This document shows positions 37,061 to 47,569 of a stretch of 64,000 bases of DNA, in pieces. The DNA comes from Arenicellales bacterium (GTDB taxonomy: Bacteria > Pseudomonadota > Gammaproteobacteria > Arenicellales > JAJDZL01), in NCBI GenBank assembly GCA_965205205.1, contig CBDBFX010000002.1, forward strand, positions 1,053,475-1,117,474, read 5' to 3'. Below the pieces are notes generated by a model. That model was not told the origin of the DNA and made no database searches. It was given only the letters and a program-made list of their open reading frames with translations. The position numbers and the translations under genes are program-made. Each line of letters starts with the position of its first letter. Positions within the stretch are counted from its first letter, which is position 1.

Positions 37061-40029
37061 TACGCCCTCATTCTCTCGCCTTTTCTGTCGTAGAAAATCG
37101 GCTGTGTAACCATCGCTGGAACCGGTTCTCCACCATCCCAGGCAAAAACCGTATCACCGATCCTGGAGCCGCCACTGGCAAGCAGTCCAAGCGCGATCGT
37201 ACGATTGCAGGAACCACTCCATACACAGGCTGAAACAAACCCCTCTGATGGTGCCTGTTCATCGTGCGGTGCGATGGGTGCACCTTCCGCAATGATCCGT
37301 TTCGAATCCTGTGGCAAAAGCCCAACCAGTTCCTGTCGGATGGGGTGACTTCTTCTTCGTATTTCCATTGCCTTTTTTCCGATGAAATCCATCTTGCTAC
37401 GACTCACCATCCATCCAAGCCCGAGATCAAACGGATCAACCGTCCCGTCAACTTCGTGCGCCAGAGACAGAAAACCCTTTTCAACTCGCAGAACATGATT
37501 GGCTTCAGACCCAACGGGACAGATATCCCATGCCAGCCCAATTGCCATCAGGTGGTTCCAGAGCTTCAGTCCATACCTTGATGGCACATTGATCTCAAAA
37601 CTGAGTTCTCCGGTGAAACTCACTCGAAAAACTCGGGCGGGAATACCAGCAACTGTTCCTTCTCGCATGTGCATGAATGGCAGCGCCTCGCGCGACCAGT
37701 CGAAATCCGAGTCGAGCGATTCGAGCATTGACCTCGACAGTGGACCGCAGACTGTCGCATTCGCCCATTGGGAGGTCACCGGCGTTACGATCACATCCAA
37801 CTCGGGGCATTCAACATTGATCAGTTTGTCGAGTTTTCGCTCGACTGCTGGCGCACCGCCGGTCGAACAGGAGAGCAGGTACTGTTCCTCATCAATCCGA
37901 AAAGTCACCCCATCATCGAAGATCAGTCCCTCTTCGTTCAGCATCAGACCGTAGCGGCCCTGCCCCGGGCGCAGGCTGTCAAATCTGTTGACGTAAACGA
38001 GATTCAGAAGTTTCACCACATCCATACCTCGAAGCACAAACTTACCGAGCGGTGACCCGTCATATAGGCCGACCCGCTGACGCACCGCAATACACTCGCG
38101 TTTGACTGCATCGTTCATCGATTCGCCAGTCTGGGGGTAATATCCCGGTCGCCGCCACCTGGCGCCGGCTTCATACATGACCGCACCCCGTGCCTGATGC
38201 CATTCCGTCATCGGGGTATGTCGGTAAGGCAACACGACATCGCCTCTCTGACTGCCGGCAATTGAACCGAATTCAACGGGTGTATAGGGTGGACGAAAAG
38301 TCGTCGTACCAATTTCAGTCGGATGACAATTCCGCTGGTCGGCGATGATTCCAATCGCACTGACATTCGCGGATTTACCTTGATCAAGTCCCATGCCGGT
38401 GGTTGTGTAGCGTTTCAAATGCTCAATCTCCGTGAATCCTTCCCGCAGTGCCAGCATCAGATCAAAAACGGTCACGTCACCTGCCAGATCGACGAATGCT
38501 TTAGTTCGACGTCGCCCCGCGGTAGAACTCCAGAACGCCTCGATCCGATATTCAGATTCGGCATCATCAGACAGCGCTGGAACCGTCATCGGCCTCGCCT
38601 GCTTACCAATCTCAGATACGACTTTCAAACCCGTTCGCACACCTGCCGCAAGGCAGGCACTCAACGACATTTCACCGGCAACCGCCCCAGCGCAGTGGGT
38701 ACCCTGCAGCGGACGGTCTGGTACGAATCCCGCGATACTGTCGTCAAAACGAACCGTTCCGCGGGATTGAGAGAACAGGTGCACACAGGGGTTCCACCCT
38801 CCAGATACGCAGATGAGGTCGCATTCGATGGTGCGTCCGTCCTTCTCCCCTGAACCTTCTGGTGCACCAACGACAGCGCCCTTAACCCGATTGCGAGCAT
38901 GAATCGCCTTGTGAACGACCCGGCCCGGCAGGATCTCAGCCGCCGAATGCTCAGCCGACATCAAAGATCTCAAATGGGTGGAATGACGCGTATCGACCAC
39001 GGCCGCAAGTTCAATTCCGGCCTTCTGCAGATGCGGCAGAAGCTGGTACGCACCGTCATTATTGGTGAAAATGACCGCCTTCTTTCCGGGTACCACCGCG
39101 TATGACTCAATCAATTCCATCACGGCGGAACAAAGCATGACGCCTGGCACATCATTGTTTTCAAATACGATCGGTCGCTCAATTGCCCCGGTCGCCAGAA
39201 TGACCCGTTTCGCCCATATTTTCCAGCCGCGGCCGGCAACCGCCGCTGGCCGCGGATTTCGCTCCAATACACAGACCATGTTGCCTTCCTGGTAACCCCA
39301 GGCCGTCGCATTCCAAAGGCATGACACATGATCCATGGCGGTTAGTTCGCCGACCACCTGCCTCACCCAACTGTGTGCCGACCGCCCCTCAATTCGCCTG
39401 TTGCTATGGCAGAGGCCGCCACCAGGTCGGGTCATTTCATCGACAATAATCGTCCGCGCACCGGACCGGGCCGCCGTCAGTGCGGCCATCAGCCCTGCAG
39501 GACCCGCACCCACCACTAAAACATCGCAATGTTCAAATCGACTGAGATGGCACTCTGACGGTGGATGCTCAGGCGCTTTTCCAAAACCGGCGGCGCGTCG
39601 GATCATCGGCTCAAAGAGACGCCAGCCGGGCCACATGAATGTCTTGTAATAAAAACCGGCCGGAAGAATCGGCGAGAATGCACCCAGCAGCGAACCGAAG
39701 TCACATTGAACACTCGGCCAACAGTTGACACTGCGTGCGACAAGACCTTCGTAAAGCGGTTGGGTGCTTGCAAGAATGTTCGGAGATTCGGATGCTCCAC
39801 CAATCTGAACCAGAGACGTCACATCGGCAAAGCCGCGATTCTGTACCCCGCGCGGCCGATGGTATTTGAAACTTCTGGATAAAACACCCACCCCATTTGC
39901 CAGCAGTGCGGAAGCCAGCGTATCGCCTTTGAATCCAACATGACTCCGGCCGTTGAACTGAAAGCGATACGGCTGATCTCGATCGACATGACCACCCTGA
40001 GACAGTCTATGAAGGTTTGAATCTTTCAA
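37060..40029 (-). CDS. soxA: Sarcosine oxidase alpha subunit
   Basis: RLSQGGHVDRDQPYRFQFNGRSHVGFKGDTLASALLANGV is the typical SoxA N-terminus. It also has VLVVGAGPAGLMAAL and a C-terminal GcvT-like domain. I prefer TTG 40029, which overlaps the soxD TGA as cTTGA. The track ORF extends to ATG 40113, running 88 nt into soxD. Confidence 0.9.
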   Translation of the reverse strand: MKDSNLHRLSQGGHVDRDQPYRFQFNGRSHVGFKGDTLASALLANGVGVLSRSFKYHRPRGVQNRGFADVTSLVQIGGASESPNILASTQPLYEGLVARSVNCWPSVQCDFGSLLGAFSPILPAGFYYKTFMWPGWRLFEPMIRRAAGFGKAPEHPPSECHLSRFEHCDVLVVGAGPAGLMAALTAARSGARTIIVDEMTRPGGGLCHSNRRIEGRSAHSWVRQVVGELTAMDHVSCLWNATAWGYQEGNMVCVLERNPRPAAVAGRGWKIWAKRVILATGAIERPIVFENNDVPGVMLCSAVMELIESYAVVPGKKAVIFTNNDGAYQLLPHLQKAGIELAAVVDTRHSTHLRSLMSAEHSAAEILPGRVVHKAIHARNRVKGAVVGAPEGSGEKDGRTIECDLICVSGGWNPCVHLFSQSRGTVRFDDSIAGFVPDRPLQGTHCAGAVAGEMSLSACLAAGVRTGLKVVSEIGKQARPMTVPALSDDAESEYRIEAFWSSTAGRRRTKAFVDLAGDVTVFDLMLALREGFTEIEHLKRYTTTGMGLDQGKSANVSAIGIIADQRNCHPTEIGTTTFRPPYTPVEFGSIAGSQRGDVVLPYRHTPMTEWHQARGAVMYEAGARWRRPGYYPQTGESMNDAVKRECIAVRQRVGLYDGSPLGKFVLRGMDVVKLLNLVYVNRFDSLRPGQGRYGLMLNEEGLIFDDGVTFRIDEEQYLLSCSTGGAPAVERKLDKLINVECPELDVIVTPVTSQWANATVCGPLSRSMLESLDSDFDWSREALPFMHMREGTVAGIPARVFRVSFTGELSFEINVPSRYGLKLWNHLMAIGLAWDICPVGSEANHVLRVEKGFLSLAHEVDGTVDPFDLGLGWMVSRSKMDFIGKKAMEIRRRSHPIRQELVGLLPQDSKRIIAEGAPIAPHDEQAPSEGFVSACVWSGSCNRTIALGLLASGGSRIGDTVFAWDGGEPVPAMVTQPIFYDRKGERMRA

Positions 40030-40280
40030 GACTCGCCATCCGGATCTGCGAACTGATGCGTTTCGGTGTGACGTTTCAGCGTGAACCATTCGCCACAGCC
40101 CTTTTCGTGACACCAGTTTTCTTCTAAAAATCCGCGTCGATTATCCGTCTGATACAGGTATTCGAGCCAAACCGCATCGTTTTGATCGAGCAGCTCGCGA
40201 CGGGGCGGCTTCACCTGTCCAGCACACCTGAACTCCGTTTCCGCACGCGTCCCACACCAGGGACAGGGGACTAGCAGCAT
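40026..40280 (-). CDS. soxD: Sarcosine oxidase delta subunit
   Basis: MLLVPCPWCGTRAETEFRCAGQ... and ...WCHEKGCGEWF are the zinc-binding SoxD motifs. Length is 84 aa. Confidence 0.85.
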   Translation of the reverse strand: MLLVPCPWCGTRAETEFRCAGQVKPPRRELLDQNDAVWLEYLYQTDNRRGFLEENWCHEKGCGEWFTLKRHTETHQFADPDGES

Positions 40281-40364
40281 GAGTCAAGCGCTCCAATCTG
40301 AACGAATGACTGGCTTGTCATGTGTTTGCATCGCGGCATTCAACTGGTTTTCGCATCACATAGT

Positions 40365-41636
40365 TTAGTCGGTCGGTACAGTCGTCCCACCTTCCAACTG
40401 ATAGTTCAGAGTCGAAAATCGCTTCATTGCGAATCCAGCCGCCAGTGGATGCGGCTCATCGCGGGCAATCAGATGGGCAAATGTCAGCCCGCCCGCCGGT
40501 ATTGCCTTGAATCCTCCCCACCAGCCGGCGCTGATGTAAAATCCCTTCACCGGTGTCGCGGAAATGATGGGACTGCCGTCCTGTGCGAACTCCAGTGCAC
40601 CGCCCCACTGTCGCAGGAGTTTAAGCCTTCTGAATGTCGGAAAAAGTTCAAGCAGTCCGGCGACGGTTTCTTCCATCGTAACGAACTTGCCGCCTTTCCG
40701 AAATGAGACCTGCTGCGCGTCGGTTGCCCCACCGATCACCAGTTCACCCTTGTCGGAATGACTGAGATACACCCCCAGATCCGGACAGTTGACCACGACA
40801 TCCAGTACCGGTTTAATTGGCTCTGACACAAAGGCCTGCAGATTGAAACAGCACAGCGGCAGGCGCAGATCGACCAGACTCGCCATCGCGGCATTTTCGT
40901 TACCGGTCGCAATGGCGACTTTCGCGGCGCGTATCCGCCCGCGGCTGGTCTCGACTTCACCAACCGCTCCATCGTCACCACGGCGAATCGCCGTTACTTC
41001 GGCATTCTGAATGATATCGACGCCATAGGCATCCGCTCCGCGTGCATATCCCCAGACGATGGCATCGTGTCTGGCAATACCGGCGCGTTCCTGGACGGAC
41101 CCGCCGAGTATTGGCAGTCGGCACTTTTCCATTGGCGCGAGAATCGGAATCCGCCGTCTCACCTCGGCGGCGGTCAGCATTTTGAAATCAATGCCCAGGC
41201 GGTTCATGTTCAACGCTCGCCTTCGCATCGTACGCATGCTCGTGGTGGTCAGCAGCACATCCACTTCACTGCGCTGGCTCAACATGATGTTGTAGTTGAG
41301 TTCTCGGCTGAGTCCCTCGTAGAGCTGCAGAGACCGGTCGAAAAAACGAATGCTCGCATCGCGCAGGTAGTTGGAGCGAACGACCGCGGTATTTCGACCG
41401 CTGTTGCCACCACCGATCCAATTTTTCTCAATGACCGCAACGCGGCGAATGCCGTGATTCTTTGCCAGATAGTAAGCGGTTGCGAGACCATGGCCACCAC
41501 CCCCGATGATGACAACATCATAGTGGGACTTGGGCTGCGGAGCACGCCAGGCGGGCCGCCAGTTCTGATGACGGCTCAGCGCACCGCCAATCAGACTGAA
41601 AATTGAATATCGCTGCTGCGGTTTCACAGCAGTCAA
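40365..41636 (-). CDS. soxB: Sarcosine oxidase beta subunit
   Basis: [24 protein letters not shown], plus a 423-aa length and the operon context with soxD, soxA and soxG. Confidence 0.9.
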   Translation of the reverse strand: MTAVKPQQRYSIFSLIGGALSRHQNWRPAWRAPQPKSHYDVVIIGGGGHGLATAYYLAKNHGIRRVAVIEKNWIGGGNSGRNTAVVRSNYLRDASIRFFDRSLQLYEGLSRELNYNIMLSQRSEVDVLLTTTSMRTMRRRALNMNRLGIDFKMLTAAEVRRRIPILAPMEKCRLPILGGSVQERAGIARHDAIVWGYARGADAYGVDIIQNAEVTAIRRGDDGAVGEVETSRGRIRAAKVAIATGNENAAMASLVDLRLPLCCFNLQAFVSEPIKPVLDVVVNCPDLGVYLSHSDKGELVIGGATDAQQVSFRKGGKFVTMEETVAGLLELFPTFRRLKLLRQWGGALEFAQDGSPIISATPVKGFYISAGWWGGFKAIPAGGLTFAHLIARDEPHPLAAGFAMKRFSTLNYQLEGGTTVPTD

Positions 41637-42409
41637 TGCTGTAGGATCTGACTGAGAAAAAGTTCGGTTCGCTCACTCTTTGGCTGGGTGAAGAAATCAT
41701 TGGGCGACGCAATCTCCACAAGCTCGCCATGATCCATGAACACCATGGTATCCGCGACCTGTTTCGCAAATCCCATCTCATGCGTTACCACCATCATGGT
41801 CATGCCACCTTCGGCGAGTTCCACCATGATATCCAGCACGCCGGAAATCATCTCCGGGTCCAGTGCGGAAGTGGGCTCGTCAAACAGCATGACTTCAGGA
41901 TGCATGCAAAGTGAACGGGCGATGGCAACTCTCTGCTGCTGGCCACCGGACAGCTGACTCGGATACTTGTCGGCCTGCTCGGCAATCCGCACTTTTTCGA
42001 GGTAATGCATTGCGGATTCCTCCGCTTCCTTTTTCGAGACCTTTAAGTTGCGAATCGGTCCCAACATCAGATTCTGGCGAACTGTGATGTGCGGAAAGAG
42101 GTTGAAATTCTGAAAAACCATACCCACTTTGCGGCGGATCACCTGCAGTGACTTCGGGGCTTTCTTCACCGGTTCGCCATCAATCAGAATTTCACCGGCT
42201 TCAAACGTCTCAAGTAAGTTGACGCATCGGATCATCGTTGATTTCCCGGAACCGGACGGCCCGCAGACGACCATGCGCTCGCCCGCATGAACGGTCAGGT
42301 TGATGTCCCATAGCGCACAGAACTGTCCGTACCATTTGCCGACGCCACAGAACTTCAGCAGCTCCCTGCTGTCGGGAGGTAAATGACGTGAGTTGACCGT
42401 ATCCATCAA
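41633..42409 (-). CDS. Polar amino-acid ABC transporter ATP-binding protein
   Basis: It has [22 protein letters not shown] and [13 protein letters not shown]. Confidence 0.9.
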   Translation of the reverse strand: MMDTVNSRHLPPDSRELLKFCGVGKWYGQFCALWDINLTVHAGERMVVCGPSGSGKSTMIRCVNLLETFEAGEILIDGEPVKKAPKSLQVIRRKVGMVFQNFNLFPHITVRQNLMLGPIRNLKVSKKEAEESAMHYLEKVRIAEQADKYPSQLSGGQQQRVAIARSLCMHPEVMLFDEPTSALDPEMISGVLDIMVELAEGGMTMMVVTHEMGFAKQVADTMVFMDHGELVEIASPNDFFTQPKSERTELFLSQILQH

Positions 42410-42419
42410 TGCAATGCTC

Positions 42420-43331
42420 CTAGTGTCGCTGGATGCCCGAGCCGAACCGCTCGAATCTTCTGAACAGGACCGCCAGCGGAAAGCACATCATAAAGTACAA
42501 CGCCGCGGTAATCATCCAGGCTTCGAAAAAGTGAGTGGTCGTATTGGACACATCCTGAGTGAGAAATGTCAGTTCCTGAACCGAAATCAACGATACGATA
42601 CTCGAATCTTTAACCAAGGTGATGAACTGTCCGGCGAGCGGGGGCAGAATGGTTTTCAGTGCCTGCGGCATGATGACATCGCGCAGCACATGATAGCGTG
42701 ACAGTCCAATCGCCCGCGCCGCCTCCCATTGACCTTTACCAATGGACTGAATGCCCGCTCTGACAATTTCGGTGATGTAAGCGCCTTCAAAAACCGCCAG
42801 GCAGATGAGGCCGGCAAGAAAATTGGTGAATAGATCGATCGGCCCGAACAGCCATTCCAGGACCACCAGCGTTCCCGGAGAGACCGTATTCTTCAGTTGA
42901 TCAAGCCCGAGCAGAGGAATGATCTGACTGCTGATGAAGAAGTAGAAAACAAAAATGAAGACCACGGGAGGCATGTTGCGGATGAGTTCGACATACAGTC
43001 GACTGCCCAATTTCAGAAACAGACTGCCACTGACCCGGCACAGCCCCATGACGATGCCAATCACAGCCGCAATCAGGGTGCCCCAGAAAGCCAGCCGCAG
43101 TGTCATCGCAACGCCTTTCAGAAAGAGGTTCGGAAATATTTCTCCGGTCACCTCGTCGATGCGAATCACGTATTGGAAAACAAGCGCCCAGTCCCACTGA
43201 TACACCAGAACATGCTCAACCCGGTAGTACACGTAGACCAGAGCCACGATCAGCGTACCAATGATCGCCAGGTCAAGCAGGGTTACGCGCCTGACTTCAG
43301 CAATCGATGGCGGCGGTCTGTTTTCGTTCAT
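42420..43331 (-). CDS. Amino-acid ABC transporter permease (HisM/GlnP family)
   Basis: It has multiple TM helices and the EAA-type loop [24 protein letters not shown]. Confidence 0.85.
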   Translation of the reverse strand: MNENRPPPSIAEVRRVTLLDLAIIGTLIVALVYVYYRVEHVLVYQWDWALVFQYVIRIDEVTGEIFPNLFLKGVAMTLRLAFWGTLIAAVIGIVMGLCRVSGSLFLKLGSRLYVELIRNMPPVVFIFVFYFFISSQIIPLLGLDQLKNTVSPGTLVVLEWLFGPIDLFTNFLAGLICLAVFEGAYITEIVRAGIQSIGKGQWEAARAIGLSRYHVLRDVIMPQALKTILPPLAGQFITLVKDSSIVSLISVQELTFLTQDVSNTTTHFFEAWMITAALYFMMCFPLAVLFRRFERFGSGIQRH

Positions 43332-43398
43332 GCTGCGCGGCTATTTCCGTAAACGGGTTTCCCCAGCCGAAGCCGGGGAAACACTTCAATGCGAGGTC

Positions 43399-44226
43399 TT
43401 ACTGCTCCTCGACCTGATCGCGCCAAGTCTGCGCCTGAAACCAGAAATCGTGGCGCTCTTTCAGCCAGCCGTTGCTGGTGTGAACCAGGATCCAGTTGCT
43501 GAAGAAGTTGAGCGCATCCGGATCGCCTTTGCGAAGCGCAAACGCTTCGTCGCCAGTTGTGAGATTTTCTTCCGTCGGCATGAACAGCTTACCTGGATAG
43601 TTGCTCATCCAGAATCGAGGCTTCGGCGCTGAAGAGATCATGGCGTGCGCATTGCCATTGACGACTTCCTGAAACGCCTGGGCATCATCATCAAAGCGGG
43701 CCAAACTGGCTTTCGGAAAGATTTTCTGCGCCGCATTGCAGGGCGTCGCGCCGCGGCGACAGGCAATGGTCACGTCCGCGGCATTGAAGTCCGCAACCGC
43801 AAAACCCTCCGCCAGCGCTTTGTTGGCAACCATCTGCTGACCCGAGTGTGCGTAGGGTGCAGTGAAATTGACCGTCAGATTGCGACCCGGTGTGATGGAC
43901 ATTCCACCGATGATCACGTCGAATTTTCTCGCGATCAGCGCCGGAATGATTCCCGACCAGGCCGTCGGCACGAACTCGATCTCGACGCCCATATCTGCGG
44001 CGACTTTGGTCGCCACATCAATTTCAAACCCAATCAGGTTACCCTGCTTGTCCCGCATCGCCCAAGGCACGAAAGTGGACATGCCGACCCGCAGCGCGCC
44101 GCGCTTTTTGATCTCCTCCAGTACGCTTTCGCTGGCCAGTTCCTGAGAAACGGCACCCGCCAGTGCTGAAAATGCAATTGCAGAAGCAGCAACCGCAGAC
44201 ACGAAAATGTTTTTAATTTTCATCAT
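43399..44226 (-). CDS. Periplasmic amino-acid-binding protein (ABC substrate-binding family 3)
   Basis: It has the signal peptide MMKIKNIFVSAVAASAIAFSALAGA and the motif GFEIDVATKVAADMGVEIEFVP. I chose the start at ATG 44226. Confidence 0.85.
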   Translation of the reverse strand: MMKIKNIFVSAVAASAIAFSALAGAVSQELASESVLEEIKKRGALRVGMSTFVPWAMRDKQGNLIGFEIDVATKVAADMGVEIEFVPTAWSGIIPALIARKFDVIIGGMSITPGRNLTVNFTAPYAHSGQQMVANKALAEGFAVADFNAADVTIACRRGATPCNAAQKIFPKASLARFDDDAQAFQEVVNGNAHAMISSAPKPRFWMSNYPGKLFMPTEENLTTGDEAFALRKGDPDALNFFSNWILVHTSNGWLKERHDFWFQAQTWRDQVEEQ

Positions 44227-44254
44227 AAAAATTCTCCTTAATTGTAAGTAGGCG

Positions 44255-45103
44255 TTATCTTCCGCGCATGGCTTTGGATTCCATCCACGAAACAAATAAC
44301 GAAAGTGAAACAGTCACAACAAGATAAATCCCGGCGACTGTAAACCAAATCTCGAATGCCATAAAGGTTTCCGAAATAATGTTCAGACCTTCCGTGGTCA
44401 GATCGGCAACCGCAATCACGCTGACGATTGCCGAGTGCTTGATCAGATTGATGATCAGACCCGTCATGGGTGGCAGAATGATGGGCACCGCCTGGGGGAG
44501 GACCACGTCCCGATACATGTTGAAGCGGCTGAACCCGAGCGCCTTGGCCGCTTCCTGCTGACCGCGCGCGACCGACTGGATCCCAGCGCGGATGATTTCT
44601 GCGGCAAATGAGCCCTCGAAAAAACTCAAACACAGCACTCCAGTCCAAAACCGGTCAATTCCTGCGATTGGCGCAACAATGAAATAGAACAGAAAAAGCT
44701 GCACCAGCAGCGGCGTATTGCGAATCAGTTCAAGATAGAAATTTGCAATCAGTTTGCCGGAAAACGAATTCGACATGCGCAGCAGCGCCGTAACCAGTCC
44801 GATGATGACCGATAACACCATACTGACGGCGGTGATTTGGAACGTCACCATGAGACCTTTCATCAGTGGTCCCCAAATGAGTTCTCCGTCGATGATTCGG
44901 TAGATGAACCGATCGACCCTGTACCACTGCCAGTTGTACTGCATGGCCTGCGCCCCTTCAAAGATCAGCCAGGCAATCAGACCACCAAGCAATAACAGTT
45001 GCGCGATATCGATCAGGGGGGACTTGCGGGTCAACAGCAGGCTCTGCTTCGGCGGACGAATCCTGTGTTGCGTATTGCCCTGATCAATTCGATTCAACAT
45101 CAT
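44255..45103 (-). CDS. Amino-acid ABC transporter permease (second membrane subunit)
   Basis: It has TM helices and the loop EIIRAGIQSVARGQQEAAKALGFS. Confidence 0.85.
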   Translation of the reverse strand: MMLNRIDQGNTQHRIRPPKQSLLLTRKSPLIDIAQLLLLGGLIAWLIFEGAQAMQYNWQWYRVDRFIYRIIDGELIWGPLMKGLMVTFQITAVSMVLSVIIGLVTALLRMSNSFSGKLIANFYLELIRNTPLLVQLFLFYFIVAPIAGIDRFWTGVLCLSFFEGSFAAEIIRAGIQSVARGQQEAAKALGFSRFNMYRDVVLPQAVPIILPPMTGLIINLIKHSAIVSVIAVADLTTEGLNIISETFMAFEIWFTVAGIYLVVTVSLSLFVSWMESKAMRGR

Positions 45104-45226
45104 TGATCGCGTTCAAGCGGGGTAGAGTAGCTCATCTGATACAGTCGCGGCGATTTTGAATCCCGTAACAGGTGACTGATCGGTCCTATAGTTTCACAAT
45201 ACATCATCCTACGCCTACGCGCCAAA

Positions 45227-45814
45227 TCAACTTGATCGCTTTGATTGTAATCGACTCTGCAGAGCGTTTCGAAACACGGCTCGGGTTTCATGGCTGTGAA
45301 GTGCGACGTAATCGTGCGGATAGAATGCACCGGGCTCGACATGCATGCAGACGAAGACCGGGCCTTCGAGGTTCAGAATGCCTTCAATTTCAGCCTCAAA
45401 TCGGGTGATGTCATGAAATGAGAACGAATGCCGATACCCGGCCGCCAAGGCAACCTGATCGAATCGGATCAACGCGGCACCAGGAATCGGGTATTTTCCG
45501 TTGACCTCGTACATGTTGTTCTGACTTACAAAATGAAAAAAATTGGGTGGCGCCATATTGGCGACCGTTACCAGCGAACCCAAATTCATAAGCAGGCTTC
45601 CGTCGCCATCCAACACCACCACCTTTTCGTTCGGCGCACCGAGTGCCAGACCCAGTCCATGAGACGAAGCCTGACCCATCGCGCCGGTACACAGATAGTT
45701 CAGCGCGTGGGGTCTGATATGCATCCAGTCGAATGCAGTCTGAAAGACGGCGACGGCAATTCCGTCCGGATATGCTCGAGCCAGTGAATCCAGTGCCTGG
45801 TCGCGCTTCATCAT
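45227..45814 (-). CDS. ThDP-dependent decarboxylase beta subunit (sulfopyruvate/phosphonopyruvate decarboxylase ComE-like)
   Basis: GAMGQASSHGLGLALG...VVVLDGDGSLLMNLGSLVTVA is a PP-binding GDG motif. It is 195 aa and paired with a separate 168-aa PYR-domain subunit. Confidence 0.7.
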   Translation of the reverse strand: MMKRDQALDSLARAYPDGIAVAVFQTAFDWMHIRPHALNYLCTGAMGQASSHGLGLALGAPNEKVVVLDGDGSLLMNLGSLVTVANMAPPNFFHFVSQNNMYEVNGKYPIPGAALIRFDQVALAAGYRHSFSFHDITRFEAEIEGILNLEGPVFVCMHVEPGAFYPHDYVALHSHETRAVFRNALQSRLQSKRSS

Positions 45815-45821
45815 GGTTACA

Positions 45822-46328
45822 TCAGCGCGGTGAACGGGGAAGAAACATCACACAAGGCGACGACTCTTCATAGGCGACTTGAATCAGTTCGCGGATGAAT
45901 CCCGCATTGGCGTCATCGACGATCACCTCATTGCGAAGCCCGAAGGCATCACAGATCGGTCCGAGCGAGCGAATTCCAACGTGTCTGGACTGGCTGGGGT
46001 GAATCTCAGGCTCTGCGCCCTGCAGGCCAACCACCATAACGACTGGCAGCTGATAGTCCACGGCGATGGCTCGAATGGCGTTGACTGAATCAAGGAATCC
46101 AGTGTGCTGCATCAACAGAATCGCGCGATGATTGCAGTAGGAAAGCGCCGCACAGATTGATACCCCTTCGTCTTCTTTACAGACGGGTACGAGCTGAAAT
46201 TTTGGATGTTCGGATAATGGCCACAGAAGCGTATCACAGGTTACGATGTCCGGTAATGCAACAACCGTTTCTATAGCAGCATCCTCCAATGCGCCAATTA
46301 TGGAAGTTCCCCGGATGGGCGGAAGCAT
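45822..46328 (-). CDS. ThDP-dependent decarboxylase alpha subunit (ComD-like, pyrimidine-binding domain)
   Basis: At 168 aa it carries the ThDP N-terminal domain motifs (VPVCKEDEGVSICAAL...), and it lies directly upstream of the beta subunit. Confidence 0.7.
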   Translation of the reverse strand: MLPPIRGTSIIGALEDAAIETVVALPDIVTCDTLLWPLSEHPKFQLVPVCKEDEGVSICAALSYCNHRAILLMQHTGFLDSVNAIRAIAVDYQLPVVMVVGLQGAEPEIHPSQSRHVGIRSLGPICDAFGLRNEVIVDDANAGFIRELIQVAYEESSPCVMFLPRSPR

Positions 46329-46339
46329 GACCGTCTCGG

Positions 46340-47446
46340 TTATCGGGTGGCGGCTCTTGGTGACCGATTCAGCAGGTTCTGGAGATGGTGCATCACCTCT
46401 TCCATTTCCTGCTCCAGGCCAATCGTAAATCGAATGCAGTCGCGGAACGCCGAAGACGCCAGGCGGCGGGTAAAGATTCCCTGTGCCAGCAGGTTCCGGT
46501 GCAGCTCAGACGCCGCCATTCGTTCCGCTGGGAACTGCGCCAGAACGAAGTTGGTCTGAGAGGGAAAGGCACGGACGCCCAACTGTTCCAACCTCTCGAT
46601 AAACTGTCGTCGACCGGTACGATTGCGTTCAAATACATCACGCGAGTGCTGACGGTCCGCCAGCGCCGCTTTGCCACACTCGAATGCGACATTGGATATG
46701 GGATAGGTCAGGCCGATTTTTCGAATCGCATCAGCAATCTGTGGCGGCGCGTACATCCAGCCGAGTCGGAGTCCAGCCAGTCCATGAATCTTGGAAAATG
46801 TTCTCGTCATGATAACGTTCTCATTGTCCTCAACGAGCGCAGCTGGATCGCCAAAATCTACTTCGTCGACGTACTCCAGATAGGCAGAATCCAGAATCAG
46901 CAGGATTTCAGGAGACAATTGCGCCTGCAGCCGCGCGATATCCTGACCGTTGATCCAAGTGCCAGACGGATTGTCTGGATTCGCAATCATTACGATTCGG
47001 GTTCTGGGGGTGATGCAATTGAGAATTTCGTCGACCGCAACCGTAAAGTCGCGATCTTTCGCGCGTACGGGAGTTGCATCATTGGCATAAGCGTAGTTGG
47101 GAAACTTCTGGTAGCCATTAACGCTGCATATCAGCTCCTCGCCGGGCCGTAGGAATGCGCGGGCCAGCCGCGCTAGAAGATCATCTGAACCGTTGCCACA
47201 GACGACTCCGGCAGGGTCAAGGGCTTTCTGATCGGCGATCAATTCGGACAGTTCCATTTCAGCCCCTTCAGCATATCGTTCCATACGTCTGACGGCTGGG
47301 GCGGCGGCGGAAATGGCCCGTTCACTCGCACCGAATGCACTTTCATTTGAAGCGATGTTGATGCGCACTCCGGCCAGTGCGCTGCGGTCAGCCACAACCA
47401 TGTGCGGCTTGATGTGCTGAAGTCCTGATCGCAAGTTGGGCATCAT
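46340..47446 (-). CDS. Class-II PLP aminotransferase (histidinol-phosphate aminotransferase family)
   Basis: It has NPDNPSGT, TFSKIHGLAGLRLGW (PLP lysine) and ASNESAFG. Confidence 0.8.
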   Translation of the reverse strand: MMPNLRSGLQHIKPHMVVADRSALAGVRINIASNESAFGASERAISAAAPAVRRMERYAEGAEMELSELIADQKALDPAGVVCGNGSDDLLARLARAFLRPGEELICSVNGYQKFPNYAYANDATPVRAKDRDFTVAVDEILNCITPRTRIVMIANPDNPSGTWINGQDIARLQAQLSPEILLILDSAYLEYVDEVDFGDPAALVEDNENVIMTRTFSKIHGLAGLRLGWMYAPPQIADAIRKIGLTYPISNVAFECGKAALADRQHSRDVFERNRTGRRQFIERLEQLGVRAFPSQTNFVLAQFPAERMAASELHRNLLAQGIFTRRLASSAFRDCIRFTIGLEQEMEEVMHHLQNLLNRSPRAATR

Positions 47447-47569
47447 ATGAAAGTTCGCTGCGAGTAATGGTCAGTCGAGTCTGCGATCACTCATTTTGCC
47501 AGAGTTGACATCCAAAATTCAGTGTTTGTGCTGGAACTGGCATGGACTGGTCATTGATGGATTCTGTCA

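Noticed and set aside
40030-40113. An N-terminal extension of soxA from ATG 40113 (MSRKGLWRMVHAETSH...)
   Set aside because: It would overlap soxD by 88 nt and adds residues not seen before the conserved RLSQGG...F.F.G start of SoxA. The TTG overlapping the soxD stop is a better coupled start, though the ATG at 40089 or 40113 cannot be excluded without homologue alignment.
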